DNA from: Candidatus Bathyarchaeia archaeon
GTDB lineage: Archaea > Thermoproteota > Bathyarchaeia > Bathyarchaeales > Bathycorpusculaceae
Length of the DNA: 64,000 nt
Reading direction: 5' to 3'
Assembly: GCA_049516875.1 (NCBI GenBank)
Contig: JBEKSS010000002.1
Span: 1 to 64,000, forward strand
Shown: piece after piece, positions 40,501 through 49,475 of the stretch
Position numbering within the stretch: the stretch's first letter is position 1
Layout of the letters: each line of letters begins with the position of its first letter
The notes under the pieces: model-generated
Databases searched by the model: none
Told to the model about the DNA's origin: nothing
The model's input: the letters and a program-made list of their open reading frames with translations, nothing else
Made by a program: the position numbers and the translations under genes

Positions 40501-41049
40501 GACGTACTGAACTGGGTAGATTTTCAAAAGAAGTATCTTGTACCCCGTCAGATACTGTTCGGAAATGTCTGAATATAATGAACTTGGAAAAGGATTCGTG
40601 GAGCTGTAGATTGCTTCGTTTGGCTTGTCAACCGCAGTGACATTTGAAGAGATAGGCATGGGTGTTTTCCCGTACATCACATTGAATCTGCCCTGCAACA
40701 CTTCTCTATTGCCAGGCGTTACGTCAACGCGTTTTACGCCCTTTCCTTCCGGAATCAAAATCCTAATCTGCCTGAAGGGCAGAACAGGTTCTCCCGGAGC
40801 ACCATACTGAGGCAGCGTAGGCATCGTGACAGAACTACCAGAAACGTTTAGAGCAATCTCAGGTGCGAGAAAATCAAGTTTTAGCACGATCGAATTGGAT
40901 GATTCCGTTTGCGATCCAACGTTTGGAACCGCGGAAAAATAAACACTGGATGCGAAAACAAGCATGCTAGTCAAAAGAATCATCAGGGCCGTGCCCAGAA
41001 ATATCCTGCTTGACAGGGACGCTCCTCCATTAGAGCTACAGTGTTTCAA
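37516..41049 (-). CDS. secreted gingipain-like peptidase (C25) with propeptide, beta-helix (NosD-like), CARDB and dockerin
   Basis: PGEPVLP propeptide, YVLLGGD, VGRAP, catalytic HDGH and MGC, NLLGDP, GNYWDDY..D..GIGD, and a C-terminal dockerin. Confidence 0.92.
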   Translation of the reverse strand: MKHCSSNGGASLSSRIFLGTALMILLTSMLVFASSVYFSAVPNVGSQTESSNSIVLKLDFLAPEIALNVSGSSVTMPTLPQYGAPGEPVLPFRQIRILIPEGKGVKRVDVTPGNREVLQGRFNVMYGKTPMPISSNVTAVDKPNEAIYSSTNPFPSSLYSDISEQYLTGYKILLLKIYPVQYVPRTGELYYFETMTITVALEETGEISSLFRNLPQDRAQVVGMVDNPDAAKTYTKTPTGMQYTVLAGSLNHYDYVVITNNTLRSSFQPLVDWKNQKGLNATIVLIEDIMKNPKYNSDGQFGDGNGSPKFNDTQAHVRNFIKDAYLNWGTQYVLLGGDDDIIPARGIYDYAAYDGSWTDYNIPSDMYYGSLDGSWDKNNDTIFGEAVYHWPGPENGTAGEEADFFAEVYVGRAPVDTPQEATNFVNKTIAYEQSTQADYLKKALVIGTKLDDITEGGNGEDTVTDIIPQYTTTRLYQRDGTFSRTAVINEMNSGTHIINHDGHSNYQSAMGLSISDVDSLTNTQYFFVYSMGCYSAAFDEATSGSQQAIAEHFLFSAHGAFAYIGNSRYGWYCSASLDGPGERYDRSFFSVLNSGTRNLGKALQLSKEQEPILDRWTYFDLNLLGDPETEIVTAISAPTAHFKTRTDLLTPPRFGGLVGLQGIAKRGTTPSATFSNYTLAFGSGTAPTSWMTTGISLANNGKSEVVNGTLATWNTTGVAQGTYTLKLTVFDVNGLVGEDRQIVVVSTNALPVHIRADGSVDPPTAPIQHNGDVYTLSGNIYSDSEGIVIERNNIMLDGAGYTVQGSGGGAAGIYLLGRSNVTIKNVAVETHLYGIYLQQCSNNTILGTDTSNNIHGIFLLESSNNNVVETNVTNNYDGISLLSFSDNNSVTGCRITGNNGPLGSGIYLYMSSNNLIYDNIFANELVHVFDAVWDCADPGLIFPSINTWDKGYPSGGNYWDDYTGTDHYKGPCQNVTGSDGIGDTSYQIDMNNIDNYPLMSFYTPGHDVAVTDITPLKTVAGQGYCMNVSVAIANYGTFDENFNLSVFADSTLIAQTATSLTAANAVVIIFLWDTTGFAYGNHTLSAYVPPVSGETNTANNNRTCTIPVHVGVPGDVSSTVPGVYDGVANMKDVAYMIALFNTKPNSPNWKPNADVNNDGVCNMKDIAVAIHYFNNHE

Positions 41050-41147
41050 CCCTTAAAAACAATTTGCCGCCAGGCCATTTAGGACGCGATCGCCTTCCTT
41101 GGGCAGTTTCTGCCTTGGTTCTGTTATCTTTGCATTGCTTGCCAGCT

Positions 41148-41351
41148 TCAAGTTGGGCTGAAGTGGCCGTCGTTGACGGTGGGAACTGTTGATTGCTCGG
41201 CTGAGTTCAAAAGAGTCGCGTCATACAGACGTAAGCAGCAATCTCCATCATCTTTTACGTGAAACTGTATAGTTGCTAGAATGGCGCTTCCATTGATCTC
41301 GCGCACGCGAGGCGCTTTTCCAGTCAACAAAGCAAAGTCATTCGCGCACAT
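41148..41351 (-). pseudogene. C-terminal half of a cohesin-like domain
   Basis: NGSAILATIQFHVKDDGDCCLRLYDATLLNSAEQ...NDGHF resembles the cohesin strands G.G.La.i.F.v...G...l.l.....l...dG. Confidence 0.55.
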
Positions 41352-41413
41352 CTCTATATTGGCAAGATTTTTACCGTCAGAAATCTATTGAGAGAAGGGA
41401 GAAAAGAAGCAAT

Positions 41414-43306
41414 TTGTCCGAATTGAGCAGGGAGACAAAGAGGATTTCCGATGTGCTCAAGCTTGGAGCATCGTCACAGGTGTCCGATTATGAACGGCGG
41501 TTCTCGTCGCTTGAGAACCTTTACGATGGTCTTCTTTCGAACCTGACAAGAATGGAGTTTAGCCACAAGGAGGCGTATGCGACTGCAAGAGAATTTTTTA
41601 ACGGTTCCACGGTTCGTTTTGCAGGCATAGACGGCACAATGTATTCCAGGCCGCTTTTTGATATGGTGATATTCTTCGGAGGCGCTTATGCCTCAACGGG
41701 TACTGTGACTTTCAGAGAAAACGATGAGCCAATTGTCAAGTATGACGAAAAGACGATGCTGCAAAGAGCCGGCATATCGAGCGTTGTCCCAATCTACATC
41801 AACGAAGTAGTTGACCTGGATCAGGCTTTCTACGGGGATCAACCTTCGGAGGAAGTCAACCCGAACAGACCTTTCACGGATGAATCGATAATAGACAATG
41901 CAACAATTGCAAACTGGATAATGACTTTCTCAGAATATTACCTTGCCTACAAACTTGCCTCAGATGAAAGCAAAAACATGCGTATACTCCTTATGGACAG
42001 AAGTCTCTCAATCGAACGCGCAAGCCTTCTCTACGACACGTCAAAACACGAATTCTGGAAGACCAAAAGCAACATAAGAGGATACGAAATTGACGGAGAA
42101 CCCATCGACGAAAACGATTTGACCTTAGCCAGGCAACACGTGTGCAACCAAGTTTTGGGCTTGCCGCCGGCAAGAGCGGACTACCTCCTTCACGCGATAA
42201 TCAACTTGATTCAACGAAAGGGACCATTAACCCTGAAGCAGATCCTCAGTGAATTGGGCGTAGACGACGAGAGGAGAGCGAAAAGAGCCAAACGAAGTCT
42301 GAACAGCTCGGTTAAAAGAGGAATGCTGAAAGAGGAAAAGAACGAGAGTTATGTTCTTAACCCCAAATACGCCACAACCTGGGAACGCGTTAGAAAGCTT
42401 GTGACAAGCTTGGGCGACCAGTTCTTTTTTGCAGGATCAGACAAGGCGATGAAGATTGTGAAGGGCGGTGAAGAACATTGGTTGACAACCCTTGATGTCG
42501 CTTTTCTCACCCTTTTCACGTTGCACTTGCTGATGGAAGAGTGCTGGAAAAAGCACATCTTGCTGATAGGTATGACGAAGGACACGGCGGCAAGAGACTT
42601 CAAGCGCCAGTTGATCCCACTGCTGCACAACGAGGGATTGTTGAAAACTGCGGTTTCCCAGGAAGCTTTTGCTGCTCTGCCTAACACGGATAGAATGATA
42701 CTTCAGTCAACGAGCATTTTCAACCCGGAGAAAATCAAGCCTCCTTGGAGTCTCATCGAGTACGACTCTGCAGTTAGAACCATGGTTCCAGACAGGCAAA
42801 AAAGTCCGGCCTACGTTTCAGGCGCCATAAAGAATAGAATAACCCTTGAAAAAACGTTCCTCAAGACATACGTACAGCTAAGCCAGGCTAGGACGGACCC
42901 TATGCTGCGCAGCAACGTGCTTCTCATCGACCGCCTTGTCTATCCAGAACATGACTACAAGCATGAAAACGTTGTAAAACTCTGGAACGAATTCGGCGGC
43001 GCGACAGAACCCGTGGAGATCATGATTTTTAAAGACAAGAACGTGGTCAACAAGCTTCAAAATCTTGTCATGAACGTGCTGGTTGCCATGGCTCCTTCCA
43101 GCATCCCTGAAGCCTTCGGTCACAACAAACCGCTGTTCATCGCTGACAAGATTGCGAAATGGAATTACAGCCAGTTCAAATGTGTGGTGGACACAACGGC
43201 AAGCTGGATGCTGAACAACCATAAATTGAGAAAGTTCATATTCTATATGAGCACTTTCAGGGAAAGGAGGGCTTCAATTGAGTCCACAAGAAGAGAAAGC
43301 GTTTAA
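41414..43306 (+). CDS. nurA: NurA-family nuclease, long form with internal insertion
   Basis: FAGIDGT, LLMDRSL, GMTKD and HNKPLFIADKIAK motifs. It overlaps the herA-like gene. Confidence 0.75.
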   Translation: MSELSRETKRISDVLKLGASSQVSDYERRFSSLENLYDGLLSNLTRMEFSHKEAYATAREFFNGSTVRFAGIDGTMYSRPLFDMVIFFGGAYASTGTVTFRENDEPIVKYDEKTMLQRAGISSVVPIYINEVVDLDQAFYGDQPSEEVNPNRPFTDESIIDNATIANWIMTFSEYYLAYKLASDESKNMRILLMDRSLSIERASLLYDTSKHEFWKTKSNIRGYEIDGEPIDENDLTLARQHVCNQVLGLPPARADYLLHAIINLIQRKGPLTLKQILSELGVDDERRAKRAKRSLNSSVKRGMLKEEKNESYVLNPKYATTWERVRKLVTSLGDQFFFAGSDKAMKIVKGGEEHWLTTLDVAFLTLFTLHLLMEECWKKHILLIGMTKDTAARDFKRQLIPLLHNEGLLKTAVSQEAFAALPNTDRMILQSTSIFNPEKIKPPWSLIEYDSAVRTMVPDRQKSPAYVSGAIKNRITLEKTFLKTYVQLSQARTDPMLRSNVLLIDRLVYPEHDYKHENVVKLWNEFGGATEPVEIMIFKDKNVVNKLQNLVMNVLVAMAPSSIPEAFGHNKPLFIADKIAKWNYSQFKCVVDTTASWMLNNHKLRKFIFYMSTFRERRASIESTRRESV

Positions 43307-45152
43307 CACCTCGTGCTTCACCGACTTTGACGGGAAATTCAACGCGAGGCTTGCTGCCGTTATTCCAAGATTCTTCGTCGGCGGCGGTGAAGAAACGAAG
43401 GTCGCAGGCACAAGTGCACGCTATCAGTGCCGCGTCAAGGTTGAATATCAAAAGGATCTGATGGGACTTTTAGAAGAGGGCATGTTGCTGGCTGTAAAAA
43501 ATTTCAAACACGTTGAGCTTGGCTCTGAAAGGTACACGCTAATGGAGGTCAGTCGCGTTTGGCCTGAACATTTCGGTCTGCGCGGCTTGTCCGACCACAG
43601 CTACTATCCTATGCAGTTTGAAATCATAGAACAGTCGGAAGGTGACTGGCAGACGGATGACACTTCTACTATGATGATTCAGATAGATGCTGTTCCAGTG
43701 AACTATGACTTGATTCTGAACAAGAACTGCGAATTCAAGTTCGTTAAAGGCTTTTCCTATCCGGTGGCAGGAAGCTCATGCTTTGTCTTGAACGGTAAAA
43801 TGATAAATCGCATGTACAACCAGAAAATTGCTGAAGAGTATGGAATAGACACATCTAAGACTGTGGAAGATGCTGGAATCGACCAAAGACTGGGCCTAAT
43901 CAAAATGTTTGAGGCAAGCAAGACTGCCATCCCAATATACGTTGACTTTGAAAAACTCGTTCGCTACCACTTTGGCGTCTTCGCCTTCACAGGCGGCGGC
44001 AAAAGCAACTTGATGTCAAACATCCTTCGCAGACTTCTTCTTCACACGGACAATACAAAAGTGGTCATCTTTGACATAAGCTGCGAATACATGTTTCTGC
44101 TACTTGACATGCTTGCAGACCCCAGAATCAACTCAAAAGTAATTCTTGAACACAAGATAGACTCCTTGGAACAGTTCTTCAACTCCGTTGTTAAGCCTAG
44201 AGAATACGAGACAGATGAGCGCACGAAAAAGGGACTGCAACGCATAATTGACCAGGGCAAACTTGCTTATTACACGAAGCCGCGACAGCAGATTCCAACT
44301 TACAGCCAATTCATGGAAGAGCTTGATGACCAAAGAGGAGGATCGCTGGACAAACCGCATTACATCAACGCCTTAGACAGAATATACGATGCTATTCGTG
44401 AATATGTCGAAGAGCAGGGTCTAAGCGAAAACCAGCATGTCACCGAGGACTTTGTCCATTACGTAGACCAGATTGCAAGTGAAACCGTCGAACAGTTCAA
44501 AGTCCACGACAAGAGCGGTTTGTACGCTTGGGCAACAACAAGAAAATCGATAATCGACATAATAGACAAAAGCCAAGAAAAGGAAACGGAAAGCACAAGT
44601 GGACTAACCGTTGAAAAGATCCGCGAAGTACTTGAAGACAAGAAAACTAACCTTGTCTGCATTTCAATTTCGGACCCCTACACCATAAAGGAACTTGCCA
44701 TAAACCTAACGCAGGACCTGCTTGTCCGTCGAAAACGTCGATTCACGGTGAAACCCTACATCCTATTAGTCTTTGATGAAGCGCAGGAATTCATCCCCAG
44801 TAACGCTGCAGGCATGGAAGCCAAATGCTCAGCTCACGTTGAAACCCTGCTCAGACAGGGCAGAAAATACGGCCTCGGCGTGTGCATAGCGACACAGCGC
44901 ATCGCCTACCTGAACACTAACGCGCTCCAACAGATCCACACTTACTTCGTGGGCACTTTGCCCCGTCCATACGACAGGCAGCTTGTCAGCGACACATTCA
45001 TGATAGACAAAGGGATACTGGAAAAAACCCTGGAATTCGCTCCAGGCGAATGGCTCCTCTCAAGCTACATAGCCACGGGCATGGAAAACGTTCCAATATT
45101 CATAAAGGCAGACAACGCTGAAAACGAAATAGAAAAGTACCTGAAGACATAG
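43278..45152 (+). CDS. herA: HerA/FtsK-family ATPase
   Basis: HAS-barrel-like N-terminus, HFGVFAFTGGGKS, VFDEAQ, RQGRKYG and ATQR. Confidence 0.88.
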   Translation: MSPQEEKAFNTSCFTDFDGKFNARLAAVIPRFFVGGGEETKVAGTSARYQCRVKVEYQKDLMGLLEEGMLLAVKNFKHVELGSERYTLMEVSRVWPEHFGLRGLSDHSYYPMQFEIIEQSEGDWQTDDTSTMMIQIDAVPVNYDLILNKNCEFKFVKGFSYPVAGSSCFVLNGKMINRMYNQKIAEEYGIDTSKTVEDAGIDQRLGLIKMFEASKTAIPIYVDFEKLVRYHFGVFAFTGGGKSNLMSNILRRLLLHTDNTKVVIFDISCEYMFLLLDMLADPRINSKVILEHKIDSLEQFFNSVVKPREYETDERTKKGLQRIIDQGKLAYYTKPRQQIPTYSQFMEELDDQRGGSLDKPHYINALDRIYDAIREYVEEQGLSENQHVTEDFVHYVDQIASETVEQFKVHDKSGLYAWATTRKSIIDIIDKSQEKETESTSGLTVEKIREVLEDKKTNLVCISISDPYTIKELAINLTQDLLVRRKRRFTVKPYILLVFDEAQEFIPSNAAGMEAKCSAHVETLLRQGRKYGLGVCIATQRIAYLNTNALQQIHTYFVGTLPRPYDRQLVSDTFMIDKGILEKTLEFAPGEWLLSSYIATGMENVPIFIKADNAENEIEKYLKT

Positions 45153-45205
45153 CAGGCTGCGCGAGCTGACTTATTTACCATCTATAGCCAATACAAGCAG
45201 ATCAT

Positions 45206-46003
45206 CTAATCTATAATCCTTTTTGCTCGGACGAGGATATACTGCTTGCAGGGTTTGAACCCCACTTTGCTGTACACTTGCACAGCCGGGGCGTTGTCGC
45301 TGAGCACATGAATCAATGCCGGCGGAGACCTCTTGAGAATCTCCTCTGCCAAAGCTGAAACTATGGACGTTGCAAAACCCCTGTTCCTGTACGCTTTGTC
45401 TGTCGCTATGGCTCCAACGTTGCTGCCGATGTCCACAAACCGAGTTAACCCGACCGAAACCAACTTGTTATCCTGTCTTATACCCAGCATGTAAGCGTCT
45501 TTCCAAGCCAACTTCTGCCGTTCAACATCAAGATCCCCCCAAACCTCAGGATCAACCCCCCGCATCACGTCAACAACCTCGCCAACATCTTCGACGCCCA
45601 GTTTCACTAGCGCGTGCTTTACCTGAAGGTTCTCTTCACCCTTCTTCAGACACATGAGAACCAGCACGTGCCTAAACCAAGGCCTGTACCTTCTAAGCAC
45701 AATTTCTTCACAATCAACAGGCGCCTGCAACTCCACTCTCTCAAAATCAACAGACTCAAGCAGCTGTTCAACCGCTTTACGACTTCCCCTCAACTGAACA
45801 ACGTCGTCGCGTCCCTGCGCCGTATATATCAGCATCGCACCCACAACTCTTCCATCTTCCATCGCCAGCAGAACCCTGGTCTGCTCTCTTCGACGGGTCC
45901 AGTCGAAAATGAAGAAATAGTAATTCAAAGGATCCTTGTTGACAACGTCCCAGAAAACCCGCTCAAAACCATCCTCGACCGAAACAACCCGCATAGCAGC
46001 CAC
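45206..46003 (-). CDS. GNAT acetyltransferase (FR47-like)
   Basis: IATDKAYRNRGFA and NAPAVQVYSKVGF. Confidence 0.88.
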   Translation of the reverse strand: MAAMRVVSVEDGFERVFWDVVNKDPLNYYFFIFDWTRRREQTRVLLAMEDGRVVGAMLIYTAQGRDDVVQLRGSRKAVEQLLESVDFERVELQAPVDCEEIVLRRYRPWFRHVLVLMCLKKGEENLQVKHALVKLGVEDVGEVVDVMRGVDPEVWGDLDVERQKLAWKDAYMLGIRQDNKLVSVGLTRFVDIGSNVGAIATDKAYRNRGFATSIVSALAEEILKRSPPALIHVLSDNAPAVQVYSKVGFKPCKQYILVRAKRIID

Positions 46004-46055
46004 TTCAAATCTGTGACACTGTAAGAAGCAGAGGGAAAAAAAAGATTTAAGGTTT

Positions 46056-47051
46056 TTACGCTGCTGTCTTCGCCTGCGTTAACCCGCATTTTTTGAGTAG
46101 CCGCTGCCACTTCTCGTCGGTGCGCCTTTGAATCTCGTCAATCATCTTCTCGTTCTGCGGCGTGAACAAATGCCTAAACCGTCCCTGAACCTGCAGGTAC
46201 TCTCGCACAGGCTTCTTCTTCTGAGGAGCCAAAGCCATTACCTTGCTCGGTGTTGAGAGCTGATACTCACCGTTCACGGCTTCCCACAAGGGAAAAACGC
46301 ACGTTTCAACAGCCAAACGCGAAAGCTCAATCGACTTGCTAGGATCACTGCGCCAACCTCTGGGGCAAGGAGCAAACACGTGCAGGAACGCCGGCCCGTT
46401 CACCTCTATGCCCTTCCTAGCCTTCGTTATCAAATCCTTCCAATAGTACGGCGACGCTGTTGCAACGTGGGGCATGTCATGAGCCACCATAATGTCAGCA
46501 ATAGGCTTCTTCTGCTCCAACTTGCCAGGAACAACCTTGCCAGCCTGCGAAGTAGTCGTTGAGGCACCGTAGGGCGTGCCGCCGCTCCTCTGAATGCCCG
46601 TGTTCATGTACGCCTCATTATCGTAAAGCACGAACAGGAAATCATGTCCCCTCTCAACCGCCCCGGAAAGGGCCTGAATGCCAATATCGTACGTGCCACC
46701 GTCTCCAGCAAAAGCCACCACGTCAACCTGCTCATTCTTTATCCTGCCCTTCTTCTTCAGAATCTTCAAGGCCGCCTCGATTCCAGACGCGTTAGCTCCC
46801 GCAGTTTCGAAGGCTGTGTGCAGCCACGGTGTTGCCCAGGACGTGTAAGGATAGATCGTTGAGGCCACTTCCATGCAGCCTGTGGCTTCAGTGACTATCG
46901 TCGGTCCTCTTGTGGCCTTCATTATGAGCCTCAGCACAGTAGCCGGGGCGCAGCCTGCGCAGGCTCTGTGTCCAGACAAGAACAGTTCAGGTTTCTCAGC
47001 TATGTCCTTCGCAGTGAATTTTCCTTCCGAAATAGTACTCATCTTTTTCAC
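46056..47051 (-). CDS. porB: pyruvate/2-oxoacid:ferredoxin oxidoreductase beta subunit
   Basis: GHRACAGC, ATGC, TPP motif GDGG...YDNEAYMNTG and APCP. Confidence 0.95.
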   Translation of the reverse strand: MKKMSTISEGKFTAKDIAEKPELFLSGHRACAGCAPATVLRLIMKATRGPTIVTEATGCMEVASTIYPYTSWATPWLHTAFETAGANASGIEAALKILKKKGRIKNEQVDVVAFAGDGGTYDIGIQALSGAVERGHDFLFVLYDNEAYMNTGIQRSGGTPYGASTTTSQAGKVVPGKLEQKKPIADIMVAHDMPHVATASPYYWKDLITKARKGIEVNGPAFLHVFAPCPRGWRSDPSKSIELSRLAVETCVFPLWEAVNGEYQLSTPSKVMALAPQKKKPVREYLQVQGRFRHLFTPQNEKMIDEIQRRTDEKWQRLLKKCGLTQAKTAA

Positions 47052-48286
47052 TCCCTCAACCCAACGAATCGTACAAGACCATCAACCCGTTTAGCATGAA
47101 TTATCTTCTGCAAATCGTCATAGACCCTCCGTATCTGGCTCGGGCTCGTGTCTCTTCCGCCCAGACCGTGAATATAGTTCACGATGAAAGGACGTGCTGC
47201 TGCGTCGTAGAGCGCGTGGCGAACTTCATGGAATACTGCCCCGCCTCTGCCACCGAAACTCATGCTTCTCTCCATCACGGCCACGGCGTTCACCTTGCTG
47301 AGCGCCTTGATTATTGCTTCAGCTGGGAACGGTCTGTAGGTCCTGATCCTGAGCAGTCCGGCCTTAACGCCTTTTGTCCTCAACTCGTCGACAACCGTCT
47401 TCACGGTTCCGGCAGTCGAACCCAAGCATACGATGGCGACTTCGGCATCTTCCAGCGCATACTGTTCAAGCAAACCGTCTCCGTAGCGTCTGCCGCTCAT
47501 CTCGGCATATTCATCGTGTACTTGAGGAATTACTGCAAGCGCGTTTCGCATGGCTTCTTCCTGTTGCCGCTTGAACTCGAAATAATAGTTAGGCATCGCC
47601 ACGGGGCCCATCGTCATTGGATTCTCAGGATCAAGCTTGTAAGGCACCGTTTTGCCTTCGTGTGTAAGAACCACTGGAAACTGTCTTGTTTTGACAAACC
47701 TTTTGACAGCATCATCTGAAAGAACTTGTACATTCTCAAGCGTATGGCTTAACGTGAACCCGTCTAAACCCACTATCACCGGCAATTGAACATCCAAGTG
47801 CTCAGCAATCCTGAAAGCTTGAATAACTGAATCATAGACTTCCTGAGCGTTTTCACAGTAAATCTGTATCCAGCCACTATCCCGTTCAGCCATGGCGTCA
47901 GAATGGTCACCGTGAATGTTCAATGGTGCCGACAACGCCCGGTTTGCGATCGCCATCACTACGGGCGCCCTACAGCCAGAAGTGACGAAAAGCATTTCAT
48001 GCATCAACGCCAAGCCTGCAGAAGCCGAAGCAGTGAATACTCGTGCTCCCGTGGCTGAAGCTGCCAGGCAAGCAGCCATGGCACTGTGCTCGGACTCTGT
48101 GCAAACATACTCCGTTTCAACTTCACCGTTAGCCACATACTCGCTGAGCTTCTCAACGATTATCGTCTGCGGAGTTATCGGGTACGCCGCAACCACGTCA
48201 ACGTCACATTGCTTCACAGCTAAAGCAACAGCCTCGTCTCCGTTCAAACCCTGAATTTCCTGCTTAGCAACACTGTTCACTCTCAA
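47048..48286 (-). CDS. porA: pyruvate/2-oxoacid:ferredoxin oxidoreductase alpha subunit
   Basis: AYPITPQT, ESEHSA, NRALSAP and GLGGRD motifs. Confidence 0.95.
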   Translation of the reverse strand: MRVNSVAKQEIQGLNGDEAVALAVKQCDVDVVAAYPITPQTIIVEKLSEYVANGEVETEYVCTESEHSAMAACLAASATGARVFTASASAGLALMHEMLFVTSGCRAPVVMAIANRALSAPLNIHGDHSDAMAERDSGWIQIYCENAQEVYDSVIQAFRIAEHLDVQLPVIVGLDGFTLSHTLENVQVLSDDAVKRFVKTRQFPVVLTHEGKTVPYKLDPENPMTMGPVAMPNYYFEFKRQQEEAMRNALAVIPQVHDEYAEMSGRRYGDGLLEQYALEDAEVAIVCLGSTAGTVKTVVDELRTKGVKAGLLRIRTYRPFPAEAIIKALSKVNAVAVMERSMSFGGRGGAVFHEVRHALYDAAARPFIVNYIHGLGGRDTSPSQIRRVYDDLQKIIHAKRVDGLVRFVGLRE

Positions 48287-48296
48287 CAGCCTCCTC

Positions 48297-48569
48297 TCAC
48301 ATCTTCATTATAATCGCTTTTGCAGGGCATTCATTCGCGCAAATACCGCATCCCTTGCAAAAGTCCATATCGAACTCGATGTCTCCCTTCTCAGGTTTCC
48401 AGTGTATCGCACCATCTGGACAATAGATGGTGCATATCAAACACTTCGTGCACTTTGCAACGTCTCTCTCGGGTCTGAAGGTTTTCCAGTCGCCTGTCAA
48501 ATACGTGGCGCTGGATTTCCAGCAGACGCCCGCGGGTGAGGCTTCTTTCCAGCCTTTTTCTTTCGTCAT
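48297..48569 (-). CDS. porD: oxidoreductase delta subunit (2x[4Fe-4S])
   Basis: TGDWKTFRP, CTKCLICTIYCP and CKGCGICANECP. Confidence 0.95.
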   Translation of the reverse strand: MTKEKGWKEASPAGVCWKSSATYLTGDWKTFRPERDVAKCTKCLICTIYCPDGAIHWKPEKGDIEFDMDFCKGCGICANECPAKAIIMKM

Positions 48570-49144
48570 TCAGATTTCACTCCTTGATAAGCCTCTTTCA
48601 CTACAGCGAAGTTCTTCGTCGCCACGTCTGCTTTGAAACGTTCACTTATCATTTTTTCGATAGTTTCCAAACTGACAATTCCTGTTACACGCGCCACAGC
48701 ACCCAGCATGGCTGTGTTCGTTATCGACATTCCCAATATCTTCAATGAGATGTCAGAAGCCTCCACAGTCCACACCTTGCCAGCGTTTGATTTCAGCTTT
48801 TTCCTAACCTCCACCGGATTCTCCTTGGTGTTGACTATGATGTTTCCCCGTTCCTCGTCCAAACCGTCGGCCACATTAACCGCCTTAAGCAATGTTGGGT
48901 CTAGAACAGCTACGACATCGGGGCTGTAAACAGCACAATGTGTCCTGATCGGCTCAGTGCTTATTCTCGTGAAGGCTGTGACCGGCGCCCCCATCCTTTC
49001 CGGGCCGAACTCCGGAAAAGACTGGATGTACTTTCCTTCGGCGATGGCGGCTCTTGCCAGAAGCTCGCTCGCGGTCCATGCTCCCTGGCCGCCTCTGCCG
49101 TGCCACCTTACCTCCAAGATTTTCTTCAACATGTTTCTCTCCAA
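48566..49144 (-). CDS. porG: oxidoreductase gamma subunit
   Basis: HGRGGQG, FGPERMGAP and NTAMLGA motifs. Confidence 0.95.
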   Translation of the reverse strand: MERNMLKKILEVRWHGRGGQGAWTASELLARAAIAEGKYIQSFPEFGPERMGAPVTAFTRISTEPIRTHCAVYSPDVVAVLDPTLLKAVNVADGLDEERGNIIVNTKENPVEVRKKLKSNAGKVWTVEASDISLKILGMSITNTAMLGAVARVTGIVSLETIEKMISERFKADVATKNFAVVKEAYQGVKSE

Positions 49145-49475
49145 AGGTCTTTCACCATAATTGCAGAACCCAAGATATACACTTTACTAGGTTTTTTTTG
49201 CTTTTTCTAGGATATTTCTCATTTTCTCTTTGGGAACAACACGATGGCGCGGTTGAAAAAGACTTTAGGTCAGCTAGATGCATCAGCTCGGAATGAAGGT
49301 GACACGTAGAAAAGAGCGTGCGCTCATGTTGAGAAGAAACAGAAAAAGGGGGAGTTACGGGAGATGTCGCCACTTTCGTTGGAAATACACTTTTCTAGGC
49401 AAATATGACGAGAGAAAGGTTGGTCAAAAGCAAATCTTTAATTAAAAACATCGTTACTAATCATTCGGAGAGTCG

